In this document: one piece after another, positions 12,893-23,700 of the stretch
How positions within the stretch are numbered: the stretch's first letter is position 1
Layout: the number at the start of each line of letters is the position of its first letter
Assembly: GCA_965112735.1 (NCBI GenBank)
Contig: OZ218957.1
Coordinates: 2,666,001-2,730,000 of the forward strand
DNA: 64,000 nucleotides
Origin: Phaeosaccion multiseriatum
Taxonomy: Eukaryota > Protista > Ochrophyta, other classes
Direction of reading: 5' to 3'
Notes under the pieces: model-generated
What the model saw: the letters and a program-made list of their open reading frames with translations, nothing else
Told to the model about the DNA's origin: nothing
The model's database searches: none
Made by a program: the position numbers and the translations under genes

Positions 12893-13487
12893 AAAAAAAT
12901 CTCATCATGTCTTGTTTACGCGTGGCTGTCGTTGTCTCCGCTCGTCCACTCTGCCGCCGCAGATCGGCACCAAGCTGTACTACCCAGAGAGCATCGCGGC
13001 GGCCGATGAAGAGGGGCAACTCGTCGAAATCCCCGAGCGCTACCGATATGGGGGCGTGGAGGTGGGTGAACTCGGGCTGTGGAGGGGTTCCCTCGTTCTC
13101 GAGGACGAACGTGCGACCCACCCCACCGCCCCTCCCAGACACGAGGACACACTCATGCGACTTTCCTTCGGGGAAGACGGACACACGCTTACAGGATCGG
13201 GCCAAGACACCGCCTTCGGGCCCTTCCTCATCAGCAAGGGCTCCTACTACCATGTCTACCCGGAGTCCGGCAATTGCGTGGTTGCCTTCGCGGCCAAGTA
13301 CGAGCGGGACCCGCGGAGGAAGCTCAGCTACCGAGGGGTGCTGAGGGGAAGGGCGGGGGGCGGGAACGTGTTCGTAAAGCGGTACGGAGCGGCGAGGAGA
13401 GTGCGCATTCTGCGGCGCCTGTTTATGAAAAAGACGCTCAAAGGCTCCTTTCGCCTCGAGTCTCTCGGGCCCGCGCCTGCTTCCTGA
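12112..13487 (+). CDS. Uncharacterised single-pass membrane protein with beta-rich domain (paralog C)
   Basis: Five phase-compatible exons: MSLAFDD..RQAQQ / AGKPPPWLGGGMVVAALAFLFC / CCCWMCMPDYDDCSRCLCPCL / VDEP..REWMHRTPAEV / IGTKLYYP..WRGSLVLEDE..GSGQDTAFGPF..SYRGVLRG..GNVFVKRY..LKGSFRL. Confidence 0.82.
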
Positions 13488-13548
13488 GCCTTGTTGAGCT
13501 GCCTGCCCTCATAGAGACAGACAGCCGCAGAGCAACTTATCTGTGAGA

Positions 13549-13721
13549 AATACGCACGAGCTCTTCTTTGTTTGAGCAGGTGGTCAATCTTATATCGGTT
13601 AATATCGCAGTGTTTACGGTATGAGCCTCTACATGCTGCAATGGCTCAGATCGGAGGAGGTCATGTATCCCTGGGCCAGTGGGTACATGCCAATGGACAC
13701 CCCTGCGACTGCCAGGACTGA
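13549..13721 (+). pseudogene. 3' fragment of a CPW-type ankyrin-repeat gene
   Basis: Encodes LQWLRSEEVMYPW and, after a deletion, QWVHANGHPCDCQD-stop. This matches the C-termini of the copies at 18.2 and 48.2 kb. Confidence 0.8.
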
Positions 13722-14425
13722 CGTTAGTGCATGGGTTGAGAGGGGATAGGGGTACCCGCACTGGCTGCTCTGCTGTGGTGCATGAAGGGAGAGTGTGCTC
13801 AGTATTGGGTGGCTGCCGACGAGCTTGTGGGTAGGGCTGGCGTGCCTTGGCTGGGTCTAGGGAGAAGCAGGGACGAAGGCGGACAATACGTCGAGTGCTG
13901 TTCTAGTGCTGCGCTTCTCAGGGGCAGCCACCCTTCGTTTGCTTGACAGGGCTGTTGCAGCCTCAAAGGGGGGCCGCAATGAGACCCTTACTCTTCTCGT
14001 CTCGCTCAGGCTTTCATGTACTCCGCATCTTTTCCCTTGAGAGTCTTAGCTAAGCGCCGCCACAGGGGGGACGGAGTAGTAAACCCCAGCAGAAAAAAAT
14101 TGTACTTCAATGTCCAATTAATTACATACTACGAAGTACTTTGGAAGCGAGAGCTCACGGGGAGGGGGGGGGCATTTGCCTCTCCCGCCCCTTTTCCTGC
14201 TTCCCGTCCTCTCCTGGCTGAAGCAAGAGAAGGCCCACGGGAGTGACTCGCGCCACTCTCCTTCGCTCTTCTCATCAGAGAAGAGGTCCCATGCAGCAGC
14301 AGCCGGGGCAGAGGATAGATACCGTTGGCCATCAAGTCTTTGCGCCTTCAGACAACCTTGACCCCTATGGATCAAGCAACTGCCTCAAGACTTTCGCACA
14401 CGGCTGTCATCGCGGGGCGGCACCA

Positions 14426-15205
14426 TCAGTCCTGGCAATCGCAGGGGTGTCCATTGGCCTGTAGCTACCCACTGCTTCACCTCCTCAAAAATGGCAGGGT
14501 CCACTACATGTCCCTGCACCCGTCCCCGCTCTCTAACAAGTTGCGCCGCGTTTTTTTCGACTGCCCTACTCCATCCGAAGGGGCCTGGCTGGCTCAGAAG
14601 ATCTCATGGCCGCAGCGCACGTGCAGCGCCTGCCTTCCACGACATAGATTCAGATGAAGAACCAGCTGCAATGAATCGACGTCGTGGGTTCTTCATCTGA
14701 GTCGATGTCGTGGAACGCAGGCGCTGCACGTGCGCTGCGGCCATGAGATCTTCTGACCCAGGCCCCTTCGGATGGAGTAGGGCAGTCGACAAAAACGCGG
14801 CGCAACTTGTTAGAGAACGGGGACGGGTGCAAAGGGGATACCAGCTACACAAGAGAACGTGGAGCAGAGTAGCTGTGGGCATAACTGACTGTCCCAGCCA
14901 GGGACACATGACTTCCTCTGAGCGGAGCGATTTCACCACAGAGAGGCTCTTGGCGTGACGTACGGCGAAATGGCAGACACCATCATCCCAGCCATCTGCA
15001 CAGCTCCCTTGCGTTTGCATGAAACCATTGCAGCACTTCCAAATTGCCCTTGTGCGCCGCCCGTAGAGCCACACTTCTCCACCCACTCCATCCCTGTGTC
15101 ACCTCCATCTGGGCTCTGACGTTGGGATGGTGCAGCGCCCACTCAATCCCCGATAGAATAGTGCAAGGTAGTATTTGTGATAATCCACTCGAGCATCTCC
15201 AGCTT
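14426..15205 (-). pseudogene. Frameshifted, 5'-truncated CPW-type ankyrin-repeat gene, interrupted by a foldback insertion
   Basis: Recognisable blocks in shifting frames: EMLEW, QHP.VR, WDDGVCHFAVRHAKSLSVVKSLRSEEVMCPW, EEVKQWV and ANGHPCDCQD-stop. Confidence 0.8.
14515..14831. mobile_element. 317-bp foldback/MITE-like palindromic element
   Basis: Arms 14515-14663 and 14687-14831 are near-perfect reverse complements around a 23-nt loop. The element splits ankyrin coding homology. No convincing TSD. Confidence 0.75.
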
Positions 15206-15447
15206 TACCTCCGACGGGCATCTCTCCTTACCCCAGGGGCATCTCTCCTTGTCGGGCAGGTCCTCCGTCCGCAGCCATTATTAAAAGGAGCCTTTACATT
15301 GTGAAGAAGAAGAAGAAAGGTGTGTCTAAAAGTAACGCCTGTTTCACTGACATACTGTGAGCCGTTGATTTTCGTTGATTTGATTTCGCTGTTCCCGTCT
15401 TTGCCCTTTCGGCCTCGCAATACCTTCATTGCTACCAGGGGAGGGGT

Positions 15448-17638
15448 ATGGCGAAGATGAAAGAGGGTGGGGGGATGGAAACGCGGGTACAGAAGCTCAG
15501 TTTACAGCTCATTGCCCAGGGAAACGAGGGAGACCTGTCATCAGACGAAGGGTGAGAAAAAAACCTTCTAACCTTTGCTGCTCCGCCCGTCGGGGTGGCC
15601 GCCTTGCCTTGCTGCCTTTGCTGATCCTCTCTCTCGCTCTCTCTCCTCTTTGCATTTTTCGTGCCCACCACCACCCATCATCAGAGTGGCAGCCTTTCTG
15701 GAGAGTACACAACTGCGCCTCTCGTGGCTGCAGATCGGCCGTATTGCAAACATGGACATGTTCTCGCAGCTACAGGTCAGTGCTCTCCGAGGAATTGCCG
15801 AAAGAAACACAGACATTTTTCTTCGACTCCCATATGCCCTTCACCCATTACCCTCTCTTTGCATAGAACCCCTCGTGCACGGCCCCCATCCACCTCCATC
15901 ACCCACCAACTCACGGTCCCATGCTCTCCCTCTTGCGCAAACTTGGGGGGCTACTTGCTGCACCTCATCTCCTCCTATCCACACCTTCTCCCTCATGCAA
16001 CAACAACAACAACAATCACCACTACCAATCAGGAGCTCTACCTGCAGCACAATCGCATCTCCGTCATTGATGAGCTGGACTGCTGCACCAACCTGCGCTT
16101 CCTGTCCCTGGGCCACAACAACATCTCCCGCCTACAGGGCCTAAGGCAACTGAACAGGCTGGCCCTACTGGACCTGCAGCACAACCTGATAGATGAGATT
16201 GAGGATTACCGAGAGCTCCCCGGAGCCTCCCTGTCCATCCTGGACCTCACTGGCAACAGCTGCTGCGAAAAGTCGGGCTATCAAGAGGCGGTTACGTCGC
16301 AATGCCCCATGCTGCGGGTAAGAAAGTGTGCAAGCAACTCGAACTATCCCCTCCCATGCCTCCTAGCTCTGCTATTCACAACGAAGGCTTGCTCTCGTTC
16401 TCCCTTCCTCCCTCCCTCACTCCGTTCTTTCATCTCCCCCCCCCCCCCCGCCTTTGCTGCGCAGAGCCTCGACGGAATGGAGCTGGGAGAGCCTCCAACC
16501 AGTGCCGGAGTAGGCCTAGGTACAGGTGTTGGAAGGGGCACACACAGAGCGAGGCAGAGAGAGGCAGTGGCAGCGGCAGTGAAAGAGGAAGAGGCAACGA
16601 ATGTGACAACCCTCCATGTGACCATCAACAGTGACGATGGTCGGCCGTGCAGAGTAGAGGTGCTGCAATTCAGAGCGGAGGAAGAGGAGGGGAAGGGAGG
16701 GTGGGAGCGCATAGCAGCGGGCTTTTGCAAGGAGCATGACATGGAGGGAGAAGAGGAGGCCCTGTTGGACGAGATGAGACAGGCCGTTATGACCGAAGGA
16801 GGAGGAGGAGGAGGAGGAGGAGGAGGAGGAGGAGGAGGAGGAGGAGGACGAGGACGAGGACGAGGAGGAGGAGGAGGAGGAGGAGGAGGAGGAGGAGGAG
16901 GAGGAGGAGGAGGAGGAGGAGGAGGAGGAGGAGGAGGAGGAGGAGGAGGAGGAGGAGGAGGAGGAGGAGGAGGAGGAGGAGGCTTTCACCGTGGAGGGGC
17001 AGTAGGGAGGAAAGGGGTGGGCCAAGACGATGAATGGCGTGACGACGATGATGAAGGAGCGAGAGGTGCGGAGGAGACCAAGGGGGAGACTAGAGAGGAG
17101 AGAGAGACCGGGACACTGGCATTGGGCTCTGCCACAGAAGAGGATATGCAGGAGAGGGGTAACAGGCAAGGGCTTGAAGTTGAAGGCACAGAGCAAAGCG
17201 GCGGAGGAGGGGGAGGAGGAGGAGGAGGAGGAGGAGGAGGAGGAGGAGGAGGAGGAGGAGGAGGAGGAGGAGGAGGAGGAGGAGGAGGAGCAGTGGAAAG
17301 CAATCAGGTGGAAGGGTCTGAGGAGCTGCCGCCCGCCCCTCCGCACGGAGGAGGTGAGGTGCTCAAGGCGTTAAGCGCGCTGGATAGGGCCAACGAGAGG
17401 ATGGGGCAGGAGAGCCTCAAGGCATTTCAGCGAGAAAAGGACCAGGTAGGTGGGAGGAGGGAGGGAGACGCACACCTACTCAGCACAAGCCGTGAAGTGT
17501 GGGCACGAAGAGAGGGAAACCCGGCGGCAGCAGGGAGGGGGGGGTAGCTGAGGATTGGATGCATGATTGAGGCACACCAGGGGCCCTCCCCTCTGGCTGG
17601 GCTCGAAGCTCGGCAGGCTAGTCCGTGCAATACCTGAC

Positions 17639-17695
<57 letters not shown>

Positions 17696-18190
17696 GTCTG
17701 TCTGTCTGTCTGTCTCTCGTCTCCTAACCCCTCCTGCCCCCTTCTTCCGTCCTTACCTCCTCTCCCCGCCCGCGCCTGATCGTCCTCCTTCTTTGTTGGC
17801 GAATGGGGTGGACCAAAACCCCGCTGCTGTCTCTGTATCACCAACTGCTGTCCCACCCCGCTGCAGATAGTGTCCTCTGTAAGGGCCCGTGTCGCCAAGG
17901 CCAGGCATCTCGCAGGCGGCAGGCAGCAGCAAGAGGCAGAGGTGCGGCGGTTGCTTGCAGAGGCGAGGGCAGTGTTTAGAGCCGGGGCGGAGCAGGCCAA
18001 GAGTGACAATAGGAAGATGGCAGCAGACGCGAGGAGCAGGACGGAGGCGTGGTTTGGGGAGGGACGGAGGAGCAGAGGGGTGGGGGTGGAAGCGGAGGGA
18101 GGGGCGGAGGTGGAAGGGGAGGGAGGGGAGGGAGGGGGGGAAGTGATGGGACTGAAGGGATCGGGAGAGAGCCTGGTTCGACGCGTGTAA
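15448..18190 (+). CDS. Leucine-rich repeat protein, LRRC46-like (SDS22-type LRRs with LRRcap), with poly-Gly linker and helical tail
   Basis: ELYLQHNRISVIDELDCCTNLRFLSLGHNNISRLQGL..LDLQHNLI..SLSILDLTGNSCC..GYQEAV..CPML../SLDG resembles LRRC46 as I recall it. Upstream exons MAKMKE..DEG / VAAFLESTQLRLSWLQIGRIANMDMFSQLQ are in phase. Confidence 0.8.
16798..16983 (+). repeat. Exonic (GGA)n tract encoding poly-Gly
   Basis: About 60 triplets, with a short GGACGA interruption, inside the open frame. A second tract lies at about 17200-17290. Confidence 0.9.
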
Positions 18191-18227
18191 AGAGCCCCAT
18201 CGGCGGCGGCACATCATACCCGCATTG

Positions 18228-19020
18228 CCCTGTGGAAGGGACACTACAGACGTCTCTATCCGGTCAAAAGGACCCGAGTCAGGAGAGTGATAGAGTCAGC
18301 GGAGCGCTTGAGGTGGGCCAGGAAGTACGGCTATGAGCTGAGCGTGCGGACGTTTCGAGCTGCGGCACGGTACGGAGATGTGCGCGTGTGCAAGGCTCTT
18401 CACAGCATGGGCTGTGCCTGGGATGAGAGAGTGTGTAGGGCTGCTACGAGGAATGAAAGCATCCTCCAGTGGCTGCGGACGGAGGAACTACCCGGCAAGC
18501 AGAGGTACCCGTGGGATGGATGCGTGTGTGAGGAAGCAGCTTTTCTGGGGAAGCTGGAGATGCTGGAGTGGATGCTCGGAGTAGAGGTGAATGCGCCATT
18601 TGGTTCTTCGATTTGGAGGAGACTTACTGTGTCGGGGCGTCTTCCTGTGGTGGAGTGGGTGTTGCAACATCCCAAGGTCAGAGCTCGGATGGAGTGCAGG
18701 GCAGACAACACTCCGTGGAGTGCTGGGGCGTATTGGGCGGCCGGAGCAGACAATCTGGAAGTGCTGCAATGACTGCATGCAAACGCACGGGAGCCGTGCT
18801 TCTGGGATGCACGTGTGTGTCGTTCCGCAGTTTATACCGCCAAGAGCCTCTCCGTCCTCAAATGGCTCCGATCGGACGAGGTCATTTCCCCTTCTCCCTC
18901 TCCTGCCCACAGTATTGGAAAGACGTCTATGGTGATGAATGGGATATGCCCCCTGCCGCCGTGGAGGAGACGAAGCAGTGGGTGCACGCCAATGGACACC
19001 CCTGCGAATGCCAGAACTGA
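18228..19020 (+). pseudogene. CPW-type ankyrin-repeat gene with a nonsense mutation and a frameshift
   Basis: RLRWARKYGYEL..MGCAWDERVC..LQWLR. TGA at 18770-18772 replaces the TGG of the 48-kb copy, then a frameshift precedes CPQYW..EETKQWVHANGHPCECQN-stop. Homology starts about 40 bp after the LRR stop codon. Confidence 0.85.
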
Positions 19021-19283
19021 CTGAGCAGACGAAGACGAGGCTCTATTTTCATCCCACGTGTCAGCACCAGAGCCCTCAAGTACAGCAGGGCGTACAACAC
19101 CTCCCCGCCCTCTTCCTTCCCGATGCAAGCAAAAAGGGACACCCAGTCGGGGGTTGTCTCACTTTGCCGTGCAGCTGCGGGCCCATCAATGGCCGCGGTT
19201 CTCGTCCAGCCATGTACACAGAGAGACTTGTGGTGTAAAGTAAACTGAGACAAGCTATACGGTACGACTCCTTTGAGATCCAG

Positions 19284-20680
19284 TCAGATGGCCGATGGTC
19301 GAATGGTGCCGCTGCCGCCGCCGCTGCTGCTGCTGCTGCCGCCCCCTCCCGTGGCAAAGAAGCCAAGTTTGCTGAAAAACTTCTTGCCCTTGCTGGCACC
19401 GCTCTCCGTCGCTTTGGCCGCCGCCGTCGCCGCCTCTTCCGCCGCTGCTCTCTGCTCCGCCCCCGACACGCCCCCCCCCGCCCTAGACGCATGCACTGCC
19501 CCTGTCCCTCCCTCGGCCGCCGAGGTCCGCCTGCCTCCCCCGCCGCCACCCCTCACTGTCTTGACGAGGCTGCCCTGCCCCGCCCCTGTGCCCCCGCGGA
19601 TGGCCCTTTTGCCGTGAAAGGAGGCGGTGGGTTGGAGGGCCTGGTGGTGAGGCCCACTGCCACCGCCGGACCCTCCGCTACCGCCGCTAAAGGAGGGTAC
19701 CTGCAGCGTTATATACTCCTTGAGCTTCTTAACCTGTACACAAAGAGGCATCCAGAGGCATCCAGAGGCATCCAGAGGGGCAGGCAGGGGGGGGGGGGGG
19801 GTCAGCGAGCAAGAGGAGGAAACAGGCCGGGGCTGTCGAGCTCGAGTCGACTTGGTAGGTACACTGATGATCCTCCCTTCCGTCTGTGGTATGCAGAGAT
19901 CCACAGGCCAACAGGAGACGGGCAGGCAGACAGATAGACAGAGACACTGTCGCAGACAGACATGCAGATACACAGGACAGACCGACGGGACAGACCGACG
20001 CACCTCCTCGTTGTGGTTGTCCGCGAGCTGGTCCATGTTGGCAAGGATGGCGTTCTTGTTGTCCTCGAGCTGGGCGATGCGCCGGTCCCTCAGCGACACC
20101 TTCTTGCCGAACTCCTTATTGTCGAGCTCCATCTGGGCAAGCTTACGCAGCAACTGTCTGTGCACCGCCACCAGCTGCTCCAGCCGCTGCCGTAGGGACG
20201 TGTTTTGTTTGTCAAACAGTGCCAGTTTCTTGTCGTGCGCCTCATTCCCGGTGGGTGCGGCCGCCAGCTCCTCGAGGAGCTTCTGCTGGCCCTGAATCTT
20301 TTCCTGCTGCAGGAGCACGTCCTGTGTACACACAAAGACACGCACGCACACACGTTAACAGTATGCAACATACGCATAGGAGTATGAGCGTGACGAAGCT
20401 GGGCGTGGTACAGAGAGAGACGGAGAGAGACCGAGAGAGGGACTCAACCGCCGCTCAATCGCAGCAGTAGCGGTAGCAGCAGCACGCAGCGAAGAGAAGC
20501 TCTCAATGGGCGCAATATTCAGACACGACTTCTCATGGCCCCGCAGCGTTGTACTGCTCTCTTTGTACTGCTCTGCCCATATGCCTCTGCTCTCCCCTTC
20601 CCCCTAGCAGCATCCCCCCCCTTTCATCGACTTCATCAAAAAAGTTGCTCTCTCCATTCACATCGAAAACCAGCAGTGGC

Positions 20681-20715
<35 letters not shown>

Positions 20716-23700
20716 ACAACACCACCATCGTCAACGACAACGACACGCCCCCTCCTCCTCACCTTGGTTAGTCGAGAGCGCTGCACCTCGCTGTCCTGTA
20801 ACCGCCGCTCAAAGTCCCTTCTGGCGTCCGACACAGAGTGGCTGGCCTCTCGCAGCTGCTCAGTGAACGCCTCCACCTCGCTCTGCCACTCGGTCTCCTT
20901 GGCCTTGAGCAGCTCTGCCACGATGGCGTCCACTTCAACACCATCCGGCAACAGCTGCCTTTTGGAGCCGCCATCGGCTGGCCACTTGGCCCCTGCTGCT
21001 GTGTCGGTTGGGGTGCCAGTTTGTGGGGGGGGAGGTGGGGGCAGTGGGCTGGAGGACTCCTGCTGCTGCTGCTGCTGCTGTCCAACGTTGCTCTGCTCCA
21101 CCGCATCCCCCGTGACCATTCGGAGCTCCGCTGCGAGTCTGCCGTTCTCAGCTGACAGCTTCTCCACATCCAGCCTCATCTGCAGAGACAGAGAGAAGGA
21201 AAGGAGACAGAGAAGGAGGGAGGGAGGGATGGTGAGGGACGGAGGGGGGAGGGAATGAGGGGAAGCGAAAAGTGGGAGTAGTACACTGAAGTCGATTCGC
21301 CATCATTCCTCTCCGAGAGGCCTTCACCAGAGCCTCAGCAGCAGCTCCAGTAGGGCAGGCCGGAGGCTGAGTGTGAGCGCACTCTCCAGTCCTCAGCACC
21401 ACCCGTGCCCAGTCAAAGGCCCCCTCACTGCCTTCGGTGTGATTCATTCATACCTCCCCTCTGCTACTGCTGTCGCTGCTGCTCCTTGCCCAGCCAACAC
21501 ACCCTAAACACGCAGCGAGAAGTATACACACACACATGCACACACGCATACACACACATACACACACGCACACACACACATACACACACGCATACACACA
21601 CGCACACACATACACACACACACGCACGCACCTCGGTGAGGTCGAACTTTGCCTTGTCCTCCGCCTCCCGCACCCGATCCCTCTGCCCCTGTATCTCCCT
21701 CTGCAGCTCGGAGGCCTGCCCCGCCGCGTCCTCTGCCTGCAGCGCCAGAGCCCCGCACTGGGCCTGTGCCTCCTCCATCACACGGGACAGCTCTGCCTCC
21801 TTGTCGCTGAGCATGTCGCTGAGTTTGGCCGTCTCCTTGTGGGCACGTTTGGACTCCTGCTGCTCCTCCTCCAGCTCCCGCTCTAGCTGCGCCATCTGTG
21901 AATGGAGGGGATGAATGGTGAGGATCGTGTGGTGCGTGCGCGCGAGACAGTTGAAAGAGTCAATCAATCGAATCCCAACCCTACTACTCACAGCTAATCG
22001 TATTCAAACCGAGATACCCCCCAACCCTAGCCCTCCATCTCTACGGAGCACCAACAAGTTACCTTTTCTGCCATTTGCTGCAGCGCCGCCGCCGCCGCGC
22101 CTCCCTCCTCCAAGTCAGAGCCCGGCTCCGACGGTGTGTCGTCTGCCTTACCCTGTCCATCTGCTGCCTTCCCCTTCTCCTGCCCCCCGCCCTCCCCCGT
22201 GTGCTGCCCCCCCTCCGGCCCAGACTCTCCCGACTCTCCCCCATGTGCCTCCACTCCAGCGGTGGCGGTTTCCAAGTCGTTGTTGCTGTGCGAACCTCTG
22301 CGCTTCTTGAGCTGTGCCTCCAGCGTGGCAGTGTACGCCATCTGCAGCTCAAGCGCGCTTTCTGCCTTGGCCAGCAGCTTGGCCAGCTCCGCCACCGTTC
22401 GCGTCTCATTCACCACAGCCTTGTTCTCAATGCGCTTGGCCCTTTGTCCAAAGCGCAGCGTGCTAAGCGTCTCCGAGGCGTTGAAGCTGCTCGGGCTGCA
22501 ATTGATGACCAGACACGTCTTACTGTTGCCTCCCAGGCTGTTCTGGAGCACGCGTGTGAGCTTTGAGTCTCGGTAGGGGACGTGCGCGTTTTTGCCATCT
22601 GTAAGTGCGTTGATGACCAACCCCAAGGCCGAGAGAGACTTGTTGATTGTTTTGGCCTCCTCCAGCACCTTGAGAGACGGGCACAGAGAGAGGAGCAGGA
22701 AGGGGCAAGAGAGAAGGAGGGCGGGGGAGGGAGGGGCACGCGAGGACCAGAGAGAGGCAGACAGCGGCAGGGGCAGGGGGTTAGAAGAGAGTGAGGGGGG
22801 AGGGGAGATGAGGCGAGTATCTTCACACCCTCTCTCACTCACCTTCTCTCTAACCGCCCCCCTCTCTCCTATCTGTCTCCCTCTCTCGTCCCCCTTCCCT
22901 CCCTCCCTCTCTCTCTCAATCAGCCCAGCCTATCCACGAATCCACCCGCTCCCATCTCCTCCCTCTCGTCCCCATCCACTCCCCCATCCACTGCCATCTC
23001 TCCTCCCTCTATCCCACCTGTCCCGAGGCGTGTGTCTTCTTGACCATCTCACTGCCCGCGAGATCAACCATGTACAGACAACCCGTCATGGTCTTGCCCG
23101 AATCAGTGTCGGTCTGCACCACGGTAATAATGAACACGGAGTGGGACCGAGACGAGCCCTGGTTCATGCCTGGGCAGATGGGGGGAGGAGGGGGGGGGGG
23201 GGATGGTGAGAGAAGGGGAGAGATCCGCTTGCTGGAGGGACTCCTGCGTGATGGCGCCTTCCGTCAAATACAAGTACATATACATTCCGTCGCATACAAA
23301 TACAAACTACATTCCGTCATTCATTCCGCCATTCATTCCGTCAGTCTGTACCTGTCGCTGCCACCATCCTGTTGCTCGCTCCCATAGCCATCACGTCCTG
23401 CACGCACACACCCACATAGACACAAAGGGGGAGAACGAGAGACAGAGAGACAAGAGGCGAGAGACAGGGAGAGGAAGGACGCAAATACGCAGAGAGACAC
23501 CGTATGAGTTAGAGGCACATGGGCAGAGAGACGCAGTGGGTGAGAGGCGTATGGGCAGAGAGACAAGAGTGAGGGACATGCATATGGACAGAGAAATAGG
23601 GAGGCTCCTTCTCCTCGGAACGCCCCTGGGCAGGGGGCGGCACAGCAGGTCTTGTCTCTGGACAGGACAACTGCCAGAGGGACAGCTCCCGTCCTGATTC

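Noticed and set aside
17833-17850. TATCACCAA motif as a splicing branch point or lambda-operator-like site
   Set aside because: Most copies are exonic and about half are in the opposite orientation, so it is not a branch point. Similarity to the lambda operator half-site is only 7 bp and lacks the dyad.
18770-18772. In-frame TGA at a conserved Trp, suggesting recoding or an alternative genetic code
   Set aside because: The same copy has a frameshift and 5' truncation, and other genes use TGG for Trp and TGA as stop. A nonsense mutation is simpler.
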